Below, in pieces: positions 36,001 to 49,053 of a DNA stretch of 64,000 bases. The DNA lies in the NCBI RefSeq assembly GCF_006345805.1, contig NC_042998.1, forward strand, positions 83,328,001-83,392,000, read 5' to 3'. Origin of the DNA: Octopus sinensis (Eukaryota). The translations under genes were made by a program, and so were the position numbers. A model generated the notes under the pieces. That model was not told the origin of the DNA. It did no database searches and worked only from the letters and a program-made list of their open reading frames with translations. Positions within the stretch are counted from its first letter, which is position 1; each line of letters opens with the position of its first letter.

Positions 36001-38184
36001 GGGAAGAATATTCCTTAGATTGGCAGACAAACACTTCACACAGTCACATAGATACAGATATCTGTTTAATAGACACAACTGAAGGGTCTCTTTTAGTTGC
36101 ATGCCCAGCATTAAGAAAATATTAGTGACCACCACTAAACCACAAGCAGAAGCAGGATGTTCATGTAGGGTATACAGTGACTGCTTGGTAGGTGGGGACG
36201 ATGCAAAGCTGAGGGGGTCATGTATGAGGCTGAGGTGGTGAGCAGCTCTGGCAACCAGAACAGCAGCATAGGTAGTAATGGCACTGATGACATGTCCATC
36301 GAAAACAATAGCAATGGCAGTGTTTAAGCAGCAGAGACAGCAATACCAACTGCAACAATAATGCCAACAATGCATCCAGCAATGGTGGCTACACTAGTGG
36401 CAATGACAACACCAGGCATCACATCCAAGAATTGCAGCAATGGCAATGACTCCAGCAACAACACCTGTGGAAACAACTTTGAGCCCAGTGTTAAGGAAAG
36501 CGACAACAGCGGCTGTAACACATCCATTGCAGAGACATGGAAATATGTCGGTTCTACAGGTGGTCCCTTTGAGCAGTGTCTAAACAGCCACAGGTTCTCT
36601 TTTAGGATACCCAAGAGGCACATCACATCCCTGGCCAACTACTTATGGTATTTAAAAGAGGAGAGCTACCATACATTATTAAATGGAAGCTCCTTGAACA
36701 ACTGGGGTCATATATCAGCAGGAGTAAACAATGTAAGCTTAGCTGAGCAGAGAGAGCAAGAATCCTGAAAAACTCACTTGACCCAAGGAGCTTTTGAAAC
36801 TCCAGGAAAGTAGTCAATGTCCTCATTTGAGATGTTTCTTGTTACAAGCTTGGCATTCTTCATTCATCTAATAGGACCACATCACCAACTTAGTGAGCCA
36901 CCATGGCTTGAACAAATATAAGGAGCACAACACCATCCTGCCTGAAACCCTACCTGTAGGGTCGCTCCTGGTGTATTTTTTGTTTAAAAAACTGACTATG
37001 ATGTTTTCCTCCCTGCAGTTGTTGAGAGGTTATGTACCTCTGACCAGACGAGTTGTTTATACAGCTAAGTGTCTTATGGGTATGAAATCTGTGGTCACTC
37101 TCTGACTGGTCAAAACAATCAGCCTTCTAAAAATATGTATGTACATATATATATAATATATATATATATACATACATGCATATATATACACACACATATA
37201 TATATATAAGCGCAGGAGTGGTTGTGTGGTAAGTAGCTTGCTTACCAACCACATGGCTCCGGGTTCAGTCCCACTGCGTGGCATCTTGGGCAAGTGTCTT
37301 CTACTATAGCCTCGGGCCGACCAAAGCTTTGTGAGTGGATTTGGTAGTCGGAAACTGAAAGAAGCCTGACGTATATATATGTGTGTGTGTGTTTGTCCCC
37401 CTCCCCCCACATCGCTTGACAACCGATGTTGATGTGTTTACGTCCCCGTAACTTAGCGGTTCGGCAAAAGAGATCAATAGAATAAGTACTAGACTTCCAA
37501 AGACTAAGTCCTGGGTTCGATTTGCTCGACTAAAGGCGGTGCTCCAGCATGGCCACAGTCAAATGACTGAAACAAGTAAAAAGAAAGAAAAAGAAATATG
37601 ACTAGTCAGGCCATAACCCGTGGCCCCTACCTGGGACGTAGTCAGTCCACCTGTGCATACCTTCCTTCTTGTGACACTTGTGAAGACCTGTTGAGGCAAG
37701 TGAAAATCAAAACAAATCAAAATAGATGAACATCAATGGAATTTGTATCTTTGTGGTACCAGTGCCGGTGGCACACAAGAAAACCATCTGAACGTGGCCG
37801 TAGCCAGTACCGCATCGACTGGCCTCCATGCTGTGGGCACGTAACAAACACCATCCGATCGTGGCCGTTCGCCAGCCTCATCTAGCACCTGTGTCGGTGG
37901 CACATAAAAACACCATCCGAGCGTGGCCGTCTGCCAGCCTCGTCTGGCACCTGTGTCGGTGGCACATAAAAAACACCATCCGAGCGTGGCTGTTCGCCAG
38001 CCTCGTCTGGCACCTGTGTCGGTGGCACATAAAATCACCCACTACACTCTCGGAGTGGTTGGCGTTAGGAAGGGCATCCAGCTGTAGAAACACTGCCAGA
38101 TCTGACTGGCCCGGTGCAGCCTTCGGGCTCCCCAGACCCCAGTTGAACCGTCCAACCCATGCTAGCCTGGAAAGCGGACGTTAA

Positions 38185-38216
<32 letters not shown>

Positions 38217-41200
38217 ATACAGGGGTTGGACAAAATAATGGAAACAACTTAAAATTTCAAACAAATTTATTTTAATATGGGGTAGGACCACCTTTAGCAG
38301 TAATTACAGCTTAAATTCTATGGGGTATGAACTCATACAAAGTTTGAATTGTTTCCAAAGGAATTTTTGTCCATCCTTCAGCTGAAACAGTCTCCAGTCC
38401 TCATAGTGATGATGGTGGAGGATATTGACTCCTTACTTGTTTTTCTAAAATGCACCATAAATGTTCAATAATATTGAGATCTGGGGACTGTGGTGGCCAG
38501 ATAAGATGTTCAACTTCACTAAAATGTTCCTCGTGCCATTCACTAACAACTTTAGCTGTGTGAATTGGTGTATTATCATCCTGAAAGATTGTGTTTCCCT
38601 CTGGGAACAGTTCCACAACCATAGGATGAATTTGATAGATAAAATGCTTAAATAGTCTTGACTATTAATTCTGCCATGAAGGGAAACCATTGGGCTGGCA
38701 GATTTCCAAGATATAGCACCGCAGATCATCACAGATCCTCTTCTATGTTTAATAGTTGAAAGAAGGCAGTCTGGGTCAGATGCTTCTTTTGGCTGTCTCC
38801 ACACGTATACTTGGCTGATGGTTGGAATTAAGTTAAAGGATGACTCGTCTGAGAAAATAACATTCTTCCACTGCTCTAAGGACCAATTCTGTAGGTTTTT
38901 ACTCCACTCAATGCTTTGCAACATTTGTTTTTGAAAGTAGTGGTTTTCAGATAGCAGCCCCACCCCACCCTGTGAAATTCGACTTTGTTCAGCTCCCAGC
39001 AGACAGTTTTTGTGGAAACTGGGTTCTTGAGGTTGTCATTAAGCTCTGCAGTAATTTTGGGGGTTGTACTTTTGTGATCCTTTCTAACAATTCGCATAAG
39101 AGTCTGACAGTTCCTACCTGAAAGTTTTGGTTTTCTTCTGGAGTTTTGTTTCGCCGAGAAGGTTTTCTCCTCTTTCTCAAAGGCTGTCATTACTTTCAAG
39201 ACAGTACTTCTTGATACACTTGATACACCAAACATTTCAGCTGTTTTCATTACACTAGTGCCTGCCATACGAGCACCAACAATTTGACCTCTTTGAAAGT
39301 CCGATAGATCTGTCATTTTAATGAATTTTAATTATCTTTTTCTAATAATATCTGAAAAGTAACAGTAATTTTAGCAAAGCATATTAAGCAACACTAATAA
39401 TAAATCAAAAACCATAAAAATAAACAAGCTTTTGACAGTTTTATAGATATTTCAAAATTATGCTGTTATGATGCTAGGTGTTCTCCATCATCAGCTGCCC
39501 TACTGATATCATTATGGTATCAACATATATATATATATATGCATGTATATATATAAAATCATCATCATTTAATATCCATATTTCCATGCTGACATGGGTT
39601 GAACAGTTTGACAGGCTCCAACAAGTTTTTCAGTTTTCATCTTCCAAATCTCCACTCACAAACCTTAAGCTATAGTAGAAAACACTTGTCCAAGGTGTCA
39701 TTCAGTGAGACTGAACCCGAAACCACTTGGTTGAGAAATAAACCTCTTAACCACCCAGACATGCCTATACCTGTATAAGCAAATATTAAACGACATTGAA
39801 GATGACCTAAAAGTATGCCAACTGCTTAATGGCCCACAAATAGAAAAGGTCTGAAGCCCTCTGAGAACATCCCAGGGACCCACCTGTTACTGACTACTTT
39901 TCTAACTGCCTCCTTGCTTTCTGGGTTTTCTATAAAGTGTGTCCAGGAAATTTGCTGTAAACATTTTTGCTGTAAGAAAATTTTCCATCAGGTATATTCG
40001 CCACATGGGCAATGATTAAACCTGTTATATCAGCATTTTAACATTAAAAAAATGATGATAAAAGGTTTTATGAAGCATTAAATAGGTTACTCATTCTTCA
40101 AGAACAAACATTAAAATAATGCGGTGAGGTTATTTAAAACGCATCAGAATCCCATACAATGCTTCACAAATAATATACTTTTAGCTGCAGATATATTTTG
40201 TTTTACAGTGAGTTTTTCTAAAATGAAATTTCTCATGTTTCATTTTTCTCTGGCAAAAATGTCCATGACAAAATTTCCTGTAATCTCTATAAAGACTGTA
40301 ATTTGTATGTTTTCTTTTACTTTTAGTACACAAGAGCTGCCAGTGCATTGTCCTGTGGGGGACTACGTCACCAGTTTTCTTTACCTGAGAATGTGAAGCT
40401 TTCAATGTTTACTTCACAATTCCTTCGAAATATCAAGCAATATTTAAGTGTTTTAGGTGAGTGACAACATTTCTGATCTTTCTTTTTTATCTATTAACTG
40501 CTGGCATCTTTAAGCATTGATGCAATGTCAGTTTATGAAGATGTTGATGGATAACATGTATGCACATACACATGCACGCATGCACACACACACACACACA
40601 AATGCACACTGAAATGGACTCAGACATGCTCATGAATACATATATATATATCAAAATAAGCAACAGGATATCAAGAAGTGATGCAGCACGACCATTTCAA
40701 GCAATCATTACATCAATTTAAATGCAGGGCTATCATCAGTTGCACAAATAAATAGAATTTTAATTAGTTAGACACATTAATATAATTTTTCTCAAATACT
40801 TTAACAGGGCAAGAAGATGGAAGAAATCTATGTTGTCACTATTGTAGCTAAGAATAGACTACACTTTCAAGAAGAGCATAAAGCTTACTGGGGTCATAGC
40901 TTGTAAAGGATTGTGGTTCATTTCTAATTTATTTGTCATTTAATCAACTACTAAATCTAAGACTAGAGGACTGTGTCTGTTTGGAATGAAGGGCAAGAGT
41001 GAGCTGACAGCTCATGGCTAGGTGTGGTCATAAATATTGTCAAGATATTAGGAGTAGTAAATATATATACACAGATGCTTGAAAGGAGATGGGTTGATGT
41101 ATGCTGCATGCAAGAGGTAAGATGGAGAGGAGCTTCAACTAAGGTCCTTACAAGCAAGGCGCATAGGAATAAAGTTTTCTGGCAAGGTAACATGGATGGT

Positions 41201-44200
41201 GTAGGGGGTGTAGGCATACTCCTTGTGGAGAAATGGGTGGATAAAGTCATAGAGGTTGTTAGGGTATACGATAGAGTGCTTAAGCTCAGGCTAGTCCTGC
41301 AGAACAGCACAGCTACAATTATCTCTGCATACACCCCACATGCAGAGCTACCAAATGATCAGAAGGACCACTTTTTTGATACCCTTCTACAGGCTACCTC
41401 AAAGACAAGTGGTAAAGACCTCATCTTTGTTGCTGGAGATTTTAATGGGCATGTTGGGCGGGAATCTGGCATGTTCACTGGGATACACAGGGGCCATGGT
41501 ATTGGCACCCAGAACAATGATGGAACTAGGCTACTGGAGTTCTGTGATACATGTAACCTTTTAATCTGTAACAGGAAGCCAGACAGTCATCTGATAACCT
41601 ATCAATCAGGGGGACACTGCTAGCCAGATTGATTTCATCCTTACCAGACAGCGGGACGCAGGGTTGCTCTTAATTACAAAGACCCTCTTGGGGGAAGAAT
41701 GTACCCCCAGCATAGGCTAGTCATTAGTGACTTTAGGCTCGAGGCCAGAAGGATACCAAGAAACAGACCAATCCAAAAAAGAAGGATTTGGAAGCTAAAG
41801 GATCCTTCACATGGTCAGAGATTTAGGGACATCCTCATCAAGAAATTTGATGAGAGGGAGGAGGAGCTACAGGCACTGGACATAGAAGGTACCTGGAAAT
41901 TCCTATAAGCAGCTTGCTGAGTGCCACAGACCAAGTCTGCGGATGGTGCAATGTCCCTTCCAGACCTAGAGTTACATGGTGGTGGACAAAGCCATTAGAC
42001 AAAGAAACAGGCCTGGAAGGTAGCAGGAAACTGTACCAGGTAGCCAAAAGGGAGGCTGGGCAGCAGGTATACATAGCCAAGGGTGAAGCGGAAAAGAAGA
42101 AGTTTGCCAATGTCCAGCGATGTAAGGACCAAAGAACTGAGGTATTTCAGATTGCAAGATACTGTGTGAGAGAAAATTGTGATATCACAGGAGAGAAATG
42201 TGGACTTGGAGAAAGCTTTTGACAGGGTCCCCCGATCCCTTATCTGGTGGGCGATGCGGAAACTGGAGATTGATGAACGGTTAATAAGGGCTGTACAAGC
42301 CCTATACAGAGAGGCCAGTAGTAAGGTTAGGATTGGCAATGAGTACAGTGAAGAATTCCAGGTAGAAGTAGGGGTCCACCAAAGTTCAGTCCTCAGTCCC
42401 CTTTTATTCATCATAGTCCTCCAGGCAATAACAGAAGAATTCAAGACTGGTTGCCCCTGGGAGCTCCTCTATGCTGATGACCTGGCCCTCATAGCAGAAT
42501 CACTACCAGAATGAGAAAAGAAATTCCGGGTATGGAAGCAAGGTTTAGAAACAAAAGGCCTTAGAGTCAATGTAGCAAAGACCAAAGTTCTAGTAAGTAG
42601 GAAGGTGAACTCATCACCCCTCCCCAGGTAGGTGGCCCTACTTGATCTGCAGAAAAGGTGTAGGTAGAAACTCCATAAGATGTACCCAGTGTAAGCTATG
42701 GACACATAAGAGGTGCAGCACCATCAAAGGAAAATTAACCAAGAAGACAGCTTTCGTGTGCGGCAGATGCACAGGGGCAATAAATACTACAGATGCTCAG
42801 AAAACAGATTCCCTCACACTCCATGGGGAGAAACTAGTAGTTGATAGCCTCTGCTACCTAGGTGACCAAGTTAGTAGTGGGGTGTGGATGCTCAGAATGT
42901 GTTACCACTAGAATAAGAATAAGTTTAGAAAGCTTCTACTCCTACTGGTGACAAAGAGCCTCTCGCTCAGCGTGAAAAGTAGATTGTACAATGCATGTGT
43001 GCAAACTGCCTTGTTTCAAAGCAGTAAAACATGGACCATGACTGTGGAGGACATGCATAGGCTCGAAAGAAATGAAGCTAGCATGATCCGCTGGATGTGT
43101 AATGTCAGTGTGCACATATGACAGAGTGTGAGCGCCTTGAGAGAAATGTTGGACATAAGAAGCATCGGATGTGGCATGCAAGAAAGATGTTTGTGCTGGT
43201 ATGGTCATGTACTACAGATGGATGAGGAGAGATGTGTGAAGAAGTGCCACTCCCAAACAGTTGAAGGAATCCAGGGTAGAGGTAGACCCAGAAAGACATT
43301 GGATGAGGTGGTCAAGCATGACCTTCGAACATTGGGCCTCACAGAGTCAATGACAAAAGACCTCTGGAGATATGCTGTGACTGCGAAGGCCCGACAAATA
43401 CTATCCTACACCAGTTTCACATAACCAGCCTCAGTCCGTTCAAAAGTACCTTGGATCGTAGGATGACCTGCTGTACTTACCTTGGATCGTAGAGCAACCT
43501 GCTGTGCTTGAGGCGACCTATTGAGTCAAGTACATCAACATCAAAATAAAAATCAAATGGAAATTGTAGTTGTGATACCCGTGCCGGGGGCACGTAAATA
43601 CCAACATCCGAACGTGGCTGATGCCAGCATCGCCTTGACTGGCTTCCGTGCCGATGGCACATAAAAGCACCAATCGATCATGGCCTTTGCCAGCCTCCTC
43701 TGGCCCCTGTGCAGGTGGAATGTAAAAAGCACCTACTACACTCACGGAGTGGTTGGCATTAGGAAGGGCATCCAGCTGTAGGAACTCCACCAGATCAGAC
43801 TGAAGCCTGGTGCAACCTCCTGGCTTCCCAGACCTCAGTCGAACCATCCAACCCATGCTAGCATGGAAAACGGATGTTAAACGATGATGATGATGATGAT
43901 GAGGTGTAAGGTTGTAATGAAAATATTCAGTAACCACAAATGTTATGATTCACTAAAATGTTGCCCATAAGATCAGCAAATCTGACCAATCGCAACTTCG
44001 CCTAGAAAGAATATTACCCATGTGACCAACAAAATCTGGCCAATTATGACTCCATGTGGAATAGGTTCCATTGGTTGTATAATCTTTTGGTGCCTTCCTT
44101 TCTGAGCCTCTCAAACAGTATAAGATGACACACACACATGTGACACCAGCAGAGAGAGCTTTGGGATGTAGCTGAGACAACAAGGTAGATGGATGGCAAA

Positions 44201-47200
44201 TAGACTATCAGCAGCAACAATACAGAGTGACTTTCGACACAATGTCTTCAGTAACTTTGCGAATATTATTACATAACATCTAAACTCTCTCACAAGAAAT
44301 AAAGTTTGTAAATATCTCAACAGGTTTCATTGTTTTCTTCTATGTACAACTGTTGGCCTCCAACACTAGAAATAACAGCCAGCACCCAACAGTCAACTCC
44401 CAACATCGGCATGCATATGCAGCTCCTAGCAGTTAACAAATCAGCTTGAGCACTAGTGGTGTAGACAACCACCAGCCACAAGATCATACATTCATACATA
44501 CGAAGACACACACACACACACATGCAAATACATATAGTAATAACACAAACTTTCAAATAGAAATTCATAAATCCTTTAATGCATTACTACATATGTGTGT
44601 ATATGTCAGTGGGTGAGTGACAATGGGCTTCCATACAATTTCTGGGCATTTGTCAGCTTGCTGCTATGGTAGAAGATACATGCCTATGGTGCTGTACTGT
44701 GGGACTGAACCTGAAACTGCTTGGTTGCCAAACACACTTCATAACCACACAGTCATCATAATCGTCATTATCATTTAATGTCCTCCTTCCATGCCAACAT
44801 AGGTTGGACAGTTTGACAGGAGATGTCCAAGCAGAAGCCTGCACCATACTTTTGTGTCCGTTTGGGCATGGTTTTACGGTCATGCTTTCATTTTCTTTCT
44901 TCTCTCCTCACAGATATGGATCCTCCTGATGTTCAGTTCAATCATCAGGGATATTTATTCTTGGCTACACCTGCTGGATCAGAACAACTTGCAAAGAATG
45001 TCAAAATGCAGAGGTAATTTGGCCACTCCTACTCCTTCATATATCTATCTCTTCCTTCTACTCCATCTTTCCCCACCATCTCCACTCTGTCTCTTATTCT
45101 GAACCTTTTCTTAGTTTATTCTTTCTTTCATTCTTTCCCCCCAGATTCATAGGTCTCTAGGATTTCCTCTCAGCTCTCGTATTTCTTGTCATTCATTATT
45201 TTGTATCAATTCAAACTACATACATGGTTTCAATTATCTTTGAAAATAGTCAAGAATTTAAAGAGATTTAATTACAATAACTAATTTTAAAACTATAGAG
45301 GCTTGTGTTTGGAACATAACTTCATGAACGATTCTCACAAAATTATAGTGAGAAATTTTAATTTATATACATTATATTTTTAAATTTATATATCTGTATA
45401 TCTATAAAAGGCAGGATGTGTGTGTGTGTGTACGGGAATATAGTTTAACCAGTTTTGACTTGTTTTGTTCAAACTTGATGCTGGCATTACTTCATATCTT
45501 TGAATGCTTTAATGCATCATATCTTTGAATGCTTTAAATTCTCCCCCACAGAAAAACAATCTATGTGTGTGAACTGCCATGCTTCATGGCAGTGAAACAT
45601 GGGCTGTGACTGTGGAGGACATACGTAAGCTTGAAAGAAATGAAGCTAGCATGATCTGCTGGATGTGTAATGTCAGTGTGCACACACGACAGAGTGTAAG
45701 CGCCTTGAGAGAAATGTTGGACATAAGAAGCATCAGATGTGGCATGCAAGAGAGACATTTGCGCTGGTATGGTCATGTACTATGGATGGATGAGGAGAAC
45801 TGTGTGAAGAAGTGCCACTCCCAAACAGTTGAAGGAATCTGGGGTAGCGGTAGATCCAGGAAGACATTTTATGAGGTGGTCAAGCATGACCTTCGAACGT
45901 TGGCCTCACAGAGGCAATGTCGAAAGACCAAGACCTCTGGCGATATGCTGTGACTGCGAAGACCCAGCAAATAAAGTGAGTCACGGCTGTATCCTACACC
46001 AGTTTCGCATAACCAGCCCCAGCCCATTCAAAAGTACCTTGGATCGTAGGGCAACTTGCTATGCTTGAGGTGACCTATTGAGTCAAGTACATCAACATCA
46101 AAATGGAAATTGTAGTTGTGATACCCGTGCCAGGGGCACGTAAAAACCAACATCCGAACATGGCCGATGCCAGCGCCACCTTGACTGGCTTTCATGCCGG
46201 TGGCACGTAAAATGCACCAACCAATCGTGGCCATTGCCAGCCTCCTCTGGTCGATGTACTGGTGGCACATGAAAAGCACCCACTACACTCAGTGAGTGGT
46301 TGGCATTAGGAAGGGCATCCAGCTGTAGAAACACTGCCAGATCAGACTGGAGCCATCCAACCCATGCTAGCATGGAAAACGGACGTTAAACGATGATGAT
46401 AATGATGATGAGTGGAAAAATTGATAAAACGATTCCTTATGGATTCCTCAATCAAATTGTCTGTAACCTATTTTCAGCTAAATGTTTACCAATTTCAACA
46501 AATTTCACTCAAATTTGATGTCGGTGTTACTTAGTTTGGTTTGAAACAAAGCGTTTGATCAGCTTAATAATCCTAACTTAATCCTGTGCAACACTGGGCT
46601 ATACTGCTAGTAAATTATATAACATTCTGTTGTGTCTAAGGAGACTCATTATACCAATATTACTAATACACACTGAATGTATGTGGATGACATCAATATT
46701 CTAGTTAGAACAGAAGAAAAGAAAAAGAAAAAATAATGAATCTCCATAGACACAACAACATTTGTTTCTACATAGGAATTCACATAAAGAATCTTGCAGA
46801 GCAGATGCAAAAATGAAGTATTTATGAACACTTCAAGATAAATGATTTTATTATATTAGAACAGAGCAGATTGGTGTCAAAACAAATTCTGCTTTAAAAT
46901 TAATATTTTCCTTTGTGTTGTGATCAATGATTAAGTAATAAAGTAGCACCTCCTATTACAACTCCAGACCAGCCAATCAATTATGATGAAATTTGATTGA
47001 TGGAAACTATGTGTGTGTGCACATGCATGTATGTATGTGTATCTGTGTGAATTCTTATGATCTGCAATGAACTGTGATAGTAATAGCTCTGTCACTGTTT
47101 ATGGGTTGGTGTAACCTGTGACATTTGCTGATATATCCTACCAACAAATTGTCTGCTAGCTGTTCACATTAAATACAACCTGCATTTGGTGTGAACAAGC

Positions 47201-48172
47201 TTATTTATCAAGCCAAGCTGTCACGATTGCAATGACTGAAGAATAAAAACAGGATGGTCAAAGCTGGAACAGCTTCAGCCATGGATTTGCTCGATCGAGG
47301 CTGACCTGGAGCTTTTTTTTTCTTTTATTTGTTTCAGTTATTAGACTGTGGCCATACTGCGGCACCACCTTGAAGAATTTCAGCTAAATGAATTGATCCC
47401 AGGACTAGTTATTTTTTTGTAAAGCCTAGTATTTATTCTGTCTGTCTCTTTTGCTGTACTTCTAATTTACACGTAAACACATCAGCATTAGCTGTCAAGC
47501 GGTGATGGGGACCAAACACAGACACAAAGGCACACACACACTCACTATATATATATATAGATAGATAGATATCATCCCCATTTAACGTCCCTTGTCGAAG
47601 CTGACATAGGTTGGACAGTTTGACCAAAGCTGGCAAACTGGGGAGCTGCACTAGACTCCAGTTGTCTGTTGTGGCATGGCTTCTATGGCTGGATGCCCTT
47701 CCTAATGCCAACTACTTTACAGGGTGTGCTGTGTCGCTTTTACATGGTGCCACTTGGACACATATGGCACTACACGAGTGCTTTCACATTGCACCACACA
47801 GGTGCTTTTACATGGCACTATCACATGTGCTTTGTATGTGGCACCAATAATTATACCATATGTTACATATTTATTATATCATACCTTGATACTGTGTGGA
47901 CTAAGCTCCCTGTTGACAGCTGCTGGTATTTATAGAGTGTTAAACACTTTTGGTATGCAAATTAGGGACTCCATCATAGAGTAACTGCTGCATTTGTTGA
48001 GTATATAAACAGTTTGGCTGCTTGTTCCTCTGGAGACTGTCAGAATGATATAGACACCTGATGAGAGCCTAATAAGGTTCGAAAATCGATTAAGGTTGTT
48101 CATCATTTTTTTCAGTCTGCAGAGGAATGGCTAAAAATTTGCCCTGTTTCTAATTATACCATATGTTACATT

Positions 48173-48205
<33 letters not shown>

Positions 48206-49022
48206 TGAGTTAGAAAACAAAGATCTAATGGATACAAATTAATTTATTAATTAATCAGCATATTAACCAACAATTGTTTCATTTCTCAAATAAGATTAAA
48301 ATTACAAAAGATATATAAAAATATACTTTTGCATTTTAAATACCTTATGAGGAAAATTGTTGGGGTTTTCAGAGGATAATAAGGATTAAATTAGGATGCT
48401 TTTGGAATATACAGAATATATAAATATGTTTACCATGTACATGTATACGCATATATATGTATATATATCCGCCCTTTGACGGGTTTTATTTTTCATCTCA
48501 CAAGGTGTTCAATAACGCTCTCCTCATCAAGCAATCTTCAGTGAAAACATGTCTGATTACATAGAAGACACTTGTCCAAGATGCCACATAATTACCTCAT
48601 CTGTATAAAATCTGCTTCTGGTTTTTGAATAAATTAAAAATTCTGCCTTTTCTGTTAACAGAGAAAATGGTGCCAAAATTGAACTACTGAGTCGTGATCT
48701 TCTGGCCAAAAAATTTCCTTGGCTTAATATAAATGGAATTGAACTGGCCTCATATGGTAACTACATGTTTTTGTTATTTTTGTTTATATTATTTTGTGTA
48801 TGTGTGTATTTTGTATTCTTTTATTTGTTTCAGTCATTTGACTGTGGCTATGCTGGAGCACCAGCTTTAGTAGAACAAATCAACCCCAGGACTTATTCTT
48901 TTGGTAGCCTAGTACTTATTCTATTGATCTCTTTTGCTAAACTGCCAAGTTACAGGGATGTAAACACACCAACATTGGTTGTCAAGCGATGGTGAGGCAG
49001 ACAAACACAGACACACAAATAT

Positions 49023-49053
<31 letters not shown>

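Noticed and set aside
37041-37112. Possible hammerhead in the 3' flank of the PLE relic (ctaag-tgtc-ttat-gggta-tgaaa, enclosed by TGACCAG/CTGGTCA)
   Set aside because: The CUGANGA core is not recoverable without several edits; too degenerate to call.
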